Assembly: GCF_947568905.1 (NCBI RefSeq) | Contig: NC_079171.1 | Span: 22,940,001 to 23,004,000, forward strand | DNA: 64,000 nt | Direction of reading: 5' to 3' | Source: Ostrea edulis | Lineage: Eukaryota | Shown: positions 61,601 through 64,000 of the stretch, one piece after another | Layout: each line of letters opens with the position of its first letter | Numbering within the stretch: the first letter of the stretch is position 1 | The notes under the pieces: model-generated | Told to the model about the DNA's origin: nothing | The model's input: only the letters and a program-made list of their open reading frames with translations | Database searches by the model: none | Made by a program: the position numbers and the translations under genes

Positions 61601-63810
61601 TGTCCAAACACTTTATGTGTTATTTTTTTTATTTATTTTTATTTTGATGGAAAATTTAAGCAAATAAGACGTTTAGAATATCTAAATCCAACATTATATT
61701 TTATGTGACTTACAAAAAGTCTACAAGCCCATCGGACTTCCTGATTTTTAATTTTCACTGACCCGACCGTAAAATTCACTGGCCTCGGTCTTCGGACCAC
61801 TGAGTTTTCGTGAAGACTGCTTGTGTAAAATCAAAATTAGCTGATACTTTCTCCATCTATGTAAACCGCCTACCTATCATGTGAAGGTTCAACAAGTGAC
61901 CTATTTTGAACACTTGAATTAGTTCCCATGCCATGACTCTCCAATCTCCCAGCTATCTGCCAATCTAGGTCAGCGCAGTTGTCATGGTGACCCGGCCCTG
62001 ACCCTTCACAGTGTCCACAGTCACACTCAAACTCGTCATCTGCCTGGCAACTGTCAGAACTCAGACTTGAAAATAGGTCAGGGACATAGTCAGAACAATC
62101 ACTGGACATCTGTAAAACATACATGTTAATGTACAGATCAAAATTCATTTATTAGAAATATTTGCGATATTAGTTTTTCCTTCTTCTTGCAATATATATA
62201 ACAGCACAACAATTTTCTTTCTCCCTATCTTTTTATTTTATCAGAACATCTGTCTTACTGTGTGTATACAGTAGATTCCTTAATTTACGCGAGTATTTAA
62301 TATCGCGAAACGACTTGTAGACGTCAGATTGGGAGAACATAAAATTTGCAAGTGGTCTCTTGATCAAGAGTCTCATTACATGTATATTAGCAAGATAAAA
62401 CTAAAAACGAGTATTTCTATTTTGCGAGAGATGCTTCAAGATTGTGAAATTACGTGAAAATTAATTCCTCGCATATATTGAAGAATGTACAGTACTATCA
62501 TGACTATATAAATCCGCTGTATTCATGTGTGTACACTATTATGACTAGTACATGTACATATAATATATTAATATGTTAACATTGAAGACACAACTGTTGT
62601 ATTAGCAGTGAACAGATATGAGGGACATATTTTTATTCCAATAATGCCAGGGTCTCATCTTACAAAAAAAAGAGTCTAGGGTCACTATCTGAAATAGTTG
62701 ATAATTTCAATTAGATGATTTCGGATGATGTAATTGACTGTGTCTATAGATGTAGGTGTGTCCAGTGTTATTCTAATGATGTAACTGAACCTGCCTGTAG
62801 ATGTGGGTACACGTAGTGTTATTCTAATGATGTAACTGAACCTGCCTGTAGATGTGGGTACACGTAGTGTTATTCTAATGATGTAACTGAACCTGCCTGT
62901 AGATGTGGGTACACGTAGTGTTATTCTAATGATGTAACTGAACCTGCCTGTAGATGTGGGTACACGTAGTGTTATTCTAATGATGTAATTGACTGTGTCT
63001 ATAGATGTAGGTGTGTGTATAGTGTTATTCTAATGATGTAACTGAACCTGCCTGTAGATGTGGGTACACGTAGTGTTATTATACATACATCATCCTCGTC
63101 CTCCAACATCTGCCCCAGTACATCAATTTTCCCCATTTCTTCCACAATCCTTGCCATGGACTCCTCAATCCCCTCATCTGAGAATGGGGAGGAAAACTGT
63201 CCTCTGAATATACTGTTTTCAGAGTGAGGCATACTGTGATGGTCCTCGGGGATTTCTGGGGTGTTGCCGATGTCAACATCATCGCTGTTGTGACCATCAT
63301 GTGCACAAAGTTCTTCATTGTAATCCCAAACACCACAGGATTCTGAATCATTGTCACATGGTATCATGGTCCCATCCTCACCATGGTAAACAGAAAAATA
63401 ATTTTCTCTAGACGCACCTCTTTCAAGATGGCTGCTTTCAAGATTGCAAGGACCATTATAAAAGTGACTAGAACAAGAAGGTTGCTCAAATTGACTTGGT
63501 AAAGAGCCTATCAAAGTTTGTGAATCGCATTCACATTCATCAAATTTTTTACAAGATGACAGAGTTTCATTGACATGACAGTCACATTTACAGGGCTGGT
63601 TAATGTTGTTGTCATGGTCACAGTCGGCCTGTTGGCATGGTGATGGGATGCCATGACAATACAGAGGTAGATGCTGGTTCTGGGAGCAAGGGTATCCTTC
63701 CAATGGAAAACTTTCACTGTCGTTGCTGTGGTAGGAATCACTGTGGTAAGTTTCTTCATGGGTCTTCGGATTGTTGTCTTGGGTCTTCGGATCGTGCTGA
63801 TTGACTGCTC
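52764..63810 (-). CDS. PJA2: RING-H2 E3 ubiquitin ligase, Praja (PJA1/PJA2)-like; 5' end lies beyond 64000
   Basis: Join(-): 63810-63089, 62109-61874, 60504-60387, 56183-56072, 55221-55106, 52817-52764, phases consistent. RING-H2 CSIC...[26 protein letters not shown] is preceded by AMIAQLQEINLAEEAPPPASTSTIQNLP (compare Praja NPPASKESIDGLP) and a long acidic N-terminus. The RING-H2 call is firm; Praja orthology rests on motif similarity and gene neighbourhood. Confidence 0.72.
53052..54038 (+). mobile_element. Full-length Tc1/mariner-type MITE (~990 bp)
   Basis: TA|CAGTGAAACTTCTCTAAACCG ... GTTTGGAGAAGTTTCAATG|TA. Confidence 0.8.
54699..54968 (+). mobile_element. SINE-like repeat, family A, most complete copy
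   Basis: cccatggggatccgggttagaat ... gggacgttaaacaata ... caatcaat tail. Confidence 0.78.
55106..55221 (-). CDS. RING-H2 exon (absent from the ORF track)
   Basis: tgcag|[38 protein letters not shown]|gtacat. Confidence 0.93.
55570..55618. repeat. (GA)n microsatellite
   Basis: Direct. Confidence 0.95.
56072..56183 (-). CDS. Praja-like exon preceding the RING
   Basis: tacag|AMIAQLQEINLAEEAPPPAS...AQQI G|gtatga. Confidence 0.9.
56228..56570. repeat. 21-22-bp minisatellite
   Basis: ttagtaccgtaaaacag(g/a)aaca repeated. Confidence 0.92.
56808..59309. mobile_element. Non-autonomous DNA transposon with ~175-bp TIRs and 8-10-bp TSD
   Basis: TIRs 56808-56981 and 59132-59309 are nearly identical; (G)TGGTAGTC(C) is duplicated on both flanks. 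Confidence 0.88.
57655..58699 (+). mobile_element. Nested HINE-like (Helentron non-autonomous) element with a 142-bp tandem array
   Basis: aacaagag...atgccccc start; 142-bp units at 57851, 57993, 58135, 58277 and 58419; (ccga) microsatellite; 3' hairpin atgccccctctttttcaaaggggggcat followed by an A run. Confidence 0.85.
60387..60504 (-). CDS. Praja-like exon
   Basis: tttag|T MPVGVSVTSELEDDDIEEG...LETMFE|gtgaag. Confidence 0.82.
61019..61819. mobile_element. hAT-like element with 6-bp TSD
   Basis: CTTGTG|CAGTCTTCACGAAAAC ... GTTTTCGTGAAGACTG|CTTGTG. Confidence 0.75.
61874..62109 (-). CDS. Praja-like exon
   Basis: tacag|MSSDCSDYVPDLF...SHD AG|gtaggc; a same-phase alternative donor exists at 61900. 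Confidence 0.75.
62265..62495. mobile_element. Degenerate TA-flanked MITE
   Basis: tacagtagattcctt ... gaagaatgtacagta termini. Confidence 0.45.
62745..63080. repeat. 51-bp minisatellite starting 8 nt inside the intron after the large Praja-like exon
   Basis: tgtagatgtgggtacacgtagtgttattctaatgatgtaactgaacctgcc repeated. Confidence 0.93.
63089..63810 (-). CDS. Praja-like large acidic, Cys/His-rich exon
   Basis: ttttag|GA GCA GTC..., open for 722 nt to EDEDD|gtatgt. Confidence 0.8.
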
Positions 63811-64000
63811 CTAAAACGTGACAAGAGTCTGTTGAAAATCATTTTAGTACCATTCTAGAGTTAAAATCAAACATATGATATCATAATATACAATTATGAA
63901 CAATTCTGAGTTCAATATGATGCTTTTCCTACCTGAGTGTTACAATTTATACAAAGCCTAGAGGGCAAGATGAATTTTGTATTTTTTAAGGGTAGCTTAA

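Noticed and set aside
63079-63759. Overlapping alternative-frame ORFs in the large Praja-like exon
   Set aside because: Shadow frames of a real coding exon with no independent support

Overview
Eukaryotic, AT-rich, intron-rich animal DNA. The repeat families suggest a bivalve, probably an oyster (inference). I reconstructed three spliced genes by hand, with GT-AG junctions and consistent phases. (1) A FER/FES-family tyrosine kinase (F-BAR, SH2, kinase) on the minus strand: 13 coding exons from 23905 to 557, with the 3' end off-window. (2) An FBXL17-like F-box/LRR gene on the plus strand: 6 coding exons, 37981-47248, about 836 aa, head-to-head with FER. (3) A Praja/PJA2-like RING-H2 E3 ligase on the minus strand: 6 exons, 63810-52764, with the 5' end off-window. 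As I recall, FBXL17, FER and PJA2 are also neighbours at human 5q21.3, so this looks like an ancient microsyntenic block. The introns contain many minisatellites and non-autonomous transposons. The most unusual pattern is four tandem arrays built from exon ends plus their splice sites, which create rows of duplicate donors or acceptors that would lead to premature stops. There is one 140-N gap and no CRISPR, rRNA or convincing functional tRNA.
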